A program made the translations under genes and the position numbers. From Raillietiella orientalis (taxonomy: Eukaryota), in assembly GCA_036172245.1 (NCBI GenBank), contig JAYWIR010000027.1, positions 1,054,001-1,118,000 of the forward strand: a DNA stretch of 64,000 bases, given 5' to 3'. Positions 60,261-64,000 of this stretch are shown in pieces (the first letter of the stretch is position 1; each line of letters opens with the position of its first letter). The notes beneath the pieces were generated by a model that was given only the letters and a program-made list of their open reading frames with translations, had not been told where the DNA came from and made no database searches.

Positions 60261-60399
60261 TTTCGTTCTGGACTGCGACCGGCACCGTCGGCGGATGAGC
60301 GTTTGGCCGGGAGGAGGACTGGGACGCCGTGGACTTTGTATGAAATCAGCTGCAGGTCGCCATGGAAACCACGCTTCTGATGGACGCGTTAGGAACTGA

Positions 60400-61140
60400 A
60401 ATCACCCGCAGTCTGCTCACCGCTCGTGCCCACCACGAAACGAACACCTCGAACATCCCGAACTGGTCCTGCGTGGGACGAAACTCTTTCTCGGCGAACG
60501 CGACACTGCATAGAGGACGTCCAAGGGAGGCGCCCGGGGCACCTGCACGAGCGACGCTGCCCGCTAGAAACGGCAGCCAGCGGGGATGGGTCGGCGACGC
60601 CGCTCCCCGTTCCCTGGCGACGGAACTTCTCCGGTGGGGGAGACCTGCCCCGAAGGATTCGCGCGGTCCCCTCCTCCTCTCGTGTGCGGACGCCTCCGCA
60701 TTCCTGCTCCGGAGGAAACCTCAGGATGTTCTGTCTCACCTGCACCGATGATCGCCAGCGGCGACCTGCGCAGGGCACCCGCTGTCCGGGGGAGTTGCCT
60801 CCCCGAGCCGTTCCAGGTGCGGGGCGATGGGATCGCTCCTGCTGGACTGCAGCACCCTAGCGGACGCGTAGCGAGGACAGGCTTTGGTGGGGAGCCACCC
60901 AGAGGACATTGTCAGAGACATGGCGGTGGGACGCAGTGATCGCATTGATCTGTCACCTTCGCGACGCCACTCCAGCCCCTGGTCGTGATGGCGGTCTTGC
61001 TCGCAGCGAGGGGCGGCCGTCTCTCCCCCCGATGATGGCGGCTGCGAGGAGGAGAGGGAGCTCGTCTGCGAGAGGAAGAGGTCGCCAGAGAGGCCGCCAG
61101 CACTCAGCGCCAGCTGCAGGAGGCAAGGAGAAACCGTACC
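60400..61140 (+). mobile_element. Decayed APE endonuclease of an I/R1-type LINE
   Basis: NIPNWSCVG (+.WN..G), HLHE (LQE), IASGDLRRAPAVRGS..VRG (GDFNAH..WGS..RG) and IALI (IDL), in order. Confidence 0.5.
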
Positions 61141-61789
61141 CAAAGACCCTCATCCTTTTATTCATTTCTTTGTTTATTGTCCCTTCTCTCCGGACTCCTT
61201 GGAAGCCAGCCTGCGAGCTTGTCGTTGTCCCCCAAGACACTCTTTTTTTGTTTTTTGTCCTGAAATTTCTTGTATTTAGGGGATGCCGTTCCCCTAATTT
61301 GTGGTTTGCTTTTCAAATAAACGTCCCGGCGTAACCGGACGCAAACCCCGGATGTAGCTTGTTGCCTTATGCAGAGTGAAGCACTGCAGCGACGGTCCTG
61401 CCGGGACGAGGGTTACTGGAAGATACCTGGGGGTCCACGCCTGCCCTCAGGGCAGATGAGCCGGGATTCCCAGGTGGTGCTGGCAGCCGACTCCTCGCTT
61501 GGGGATGCGAAGAGCGAGCTTTCCCGAACTCGCTTTCTCCAGGGCCCCTCATTGCCAGCCGGACATCCATCGCGACGGCAGGCGACTGGGAGGCGGCTTC
61601 GGTCACGTAGTTTTTGTCAGGATTCGCCCGGAGTGCTCATCGTGAAAAAATGGACATTCATCCACAGGGAACAGTTGACATGCAGGGGGGAGTAAGGGGG
61701 GATTGGTCGCCCCGCCGTAAGGGGTCGCAATCCCACGCTTTTCCCACCACGCCGGGAAAAGCGTGGGAGTCTTCGCCGCTCGATGGCAG

Positions 61790-63400
61790 CTTGCCGACAG
61801 AGGTCCGTGCGGGGAAAGACAAGGAGGGAGCGGGCAAAAAAAATCAAGTGAATAATAAAAATAAATAACAACAAAAGAAAGGTTTCAAAACGTCCGGTAG
61901 GCGAGGGAAGGGATCGCAGAAACGTCCCTGGGGTCACGGGCATCCTTTCCAGGACTCTAGCGAGTTCCTACTGATGTGCCTTGAGGGGTGTGGCCATCTT
62001 ATAGCCACCCTCAAAAGAAATGCCGAACGCGATGGCGTCACGCACGCCAACTGGCCCCTTTTTCTGTGGATCCTCGTCACCAGGGCTCCACGGAGGCGGC
62101 AGAAAACTATGATGGCTGCCTCTGGCGACATCGCGCCAGGCGTGAAGAGGAGCATCTCTCCATGCCGCTCGAGTCGCCTCTTGGAGGTCTCAAGGGTCAA
62201 GACCAAACGCTCCCACGCACTCCGGGAGGACAACACGTTCGGTCAGTAGGGTTTCCTTATTCGACACACCGGGCACGGTACGGTGTCTCCCCTCTTCCTG
62301 GTCCAGCGGTGAAGGAGCACGCTGCACAGGACGGCCCGACACAGCCCTGCCGCCTCCGGAAGAAGTGCGGAGCTTCCCAGGAACGTGCGGGGAAAGGGGA
62401 GGGGTAACTTCGAGGTGGTCCTCTCACCGGAAAAGTTCTTCCGAGCTGTCAGCAGGGGTGAAGACGCCAACCAGTTGACGCGCGCTTTCCAGTATCCCAG
62501 CAACCTTTTGCTTCCTGAGATCTCGCGGATTGGTCGCCACCGTAGTCCTCCCGTAGAGAGAGTAGCACCGACGCAAGTGGGAGTTTCTTGAGCCCACGAG
62601 CTCTTCCTGGAGCTTTCCAGCATCCCCTGCGGAGAGCAGCGGGAGAACTGCAGGCACCGAGGATTTTCCTGTTTTCAGACACCGCGGTTCGTGGGCGAGA
62701 AGGACATCCACGTCTGGTCCTGCTCCATGTCAACTGTTTGCCGAAGCGGATGACCCTCATCGAGGCTTCGGTCATCACTGCCTGCGCACGAGGAGCGAAG
62801 CCGGCCCACCTGAACCGGCCGCCCGCCCGCCCGGATGGATGTCGTGCTGGGGCGCGCCAGCGCGTCCACCGGCGCTCGGCCGCCAGGAACAGCCTCAGCC
62901 GGAGTGGCAGCTCCGTCCGCCCCGGGGAGCCAGAGTTTCACCGCCGTGGTCATGGAGGAGCACATCGAAGTTTCCACGGAGTCCCTACCTGTCACCAGCT
63001 CCCAAGGCGGCCACACCAGCGGGAGGCGAGGCTGGAGCGCTTGACTGCTGGAGCGACGGGTGCCTCTATGCCGGTCGCGTCTTAAGACTGGGACGGTCCC
63101 GGGACGGGCGCCGGGTAGTAGCAGACGTCCCGGAAGCTCTCGCTGCGTTTTGCCAGACAATCGGGGGCGCTGATGTCGTCCTCTTCCACGAGAAGGGTGG
63201 GGATGCGTTTCTGAACTTCCGCTCGCTCAAGATGAGCATGTAAGAGATGAGTCCACGGATCAGGCCACAGAAACCCTCAGGTGGACAAACCGCCACCTGC
63301 AAATTAAACTCCGGAGGGCTTTGAAACATTTAGATGGAGCACTCCACCTCGGCAGAGGTCACGCTGGCCACACTGGCGCTCTACGTCCTTCTACTTAGCC
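61790..63400 (-). mobile_element. L1/Tx1-like non-LTR retrotransposon, ORF2 C-terminal part
   Basis: TWMSFSPTNRGV (cf. TWVSCSPKN), SAWERLVLTL...AMSPEAAI and AIRWPH, followed by a T-rich tail on the element strand. Confidence 0.75.
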
Positions 63401-63414
63401 AAGGCACACTACAC

Positions 63415-63495
63415 TAGATAGATGATAGATGGATGGATGGATGGATAGATGGATGGATAGATAGATTGATTAATTGATATATAGATAGACAGATC
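63415..63495. repeat. (GATA)/(GGAT)n microsatellite
   Basis: Directly visible. Confidence 0.95.
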
Positions 63496-64000
63496 ACCCT
63501 TTCGACCGCTTGCACCCTCCGTTCCCTCTTCAGGGTAAGTGATTTATCCCTCGCTGGATGTGCAGCTCCATGCAATGGTTCCTCTGTTCCTGCCGTTCGT
63601 TCCATATGCCATGATCAGTCGGACTGAGAGAGGCTGCAAGTCTGGATGATTCATGGCTGGCGCTTGGAGAGTTTCTCAGGTTCGCGGACGCGGAGACGGA
63701 GCTGCTCACGACGCACACGTGTCTCTCTCCTTCCCGTCCCCTCGGCCTCTCAGCGTCCGCGCGGCACCGCTCTTCGACCGGTGGCGCCAAGGAAGCTCTC
63801 TTGAGCCCGACACCCAGCTCGGTTTCGCCTCGGGCTCCTCCGAAAGAGACTGAGAGCCACTCTGCGGCTCATCTTCGAAACCTGTGCCCGCATCCGTCCC
63901 AAAACTTTTCGAGAAGGGAACTTTTCGTGAGCTCCGGAAGGAGGGAGGAGCAGGGGAGAGTCGTGGTCGTGACGACGGTGCGCGGGACGCTTGCCGAGAG

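Overview
Eukaryotic DNA, probably invertebrate/arthropod (CpG-rich, mariner and Utopia/NeSL remnants). The window is repeat-dominated, with no intact gene, RNA gene or CRISPR array that I can support. Almost all ORF-track entries are by-products of GC-rich or low-complexity sequence. Most of it is decayed non-LTR retrotransposons: about 10 3' ends of one L1/Tx1-like family plus scattered APE-endonuclease, RT, RNase H and gag-like remnants. There is also a head-to-head mariner pair, a Utopia/NeSL-like RLE fragment, a 511-bp piggyBac-type MITE, microsatellites, purine/pyrimidine tracts and a near-identical 1.4-kb duplication 43 kb apart. The main finding is about 14 frameshifted, stop-riddled coding fragments (0.8-55 kb, both strands, densest at 19.0-22.4 kb). 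Most align to each other, almost only at protein level. By eye they follow the domain order of a bunyavirus-like L polymerase: endonuclease, PA-C-like region, motifs G/F/A/B/C/D/E and the post-palm region. Several copies share the same large internal shortening. This suggests an old, multi-copy endogenous 'mini-L' family. The viral assignment rests on manual comparison with remembered L motifs and needs a profile search. Boundaries of decayed elements are approximate.
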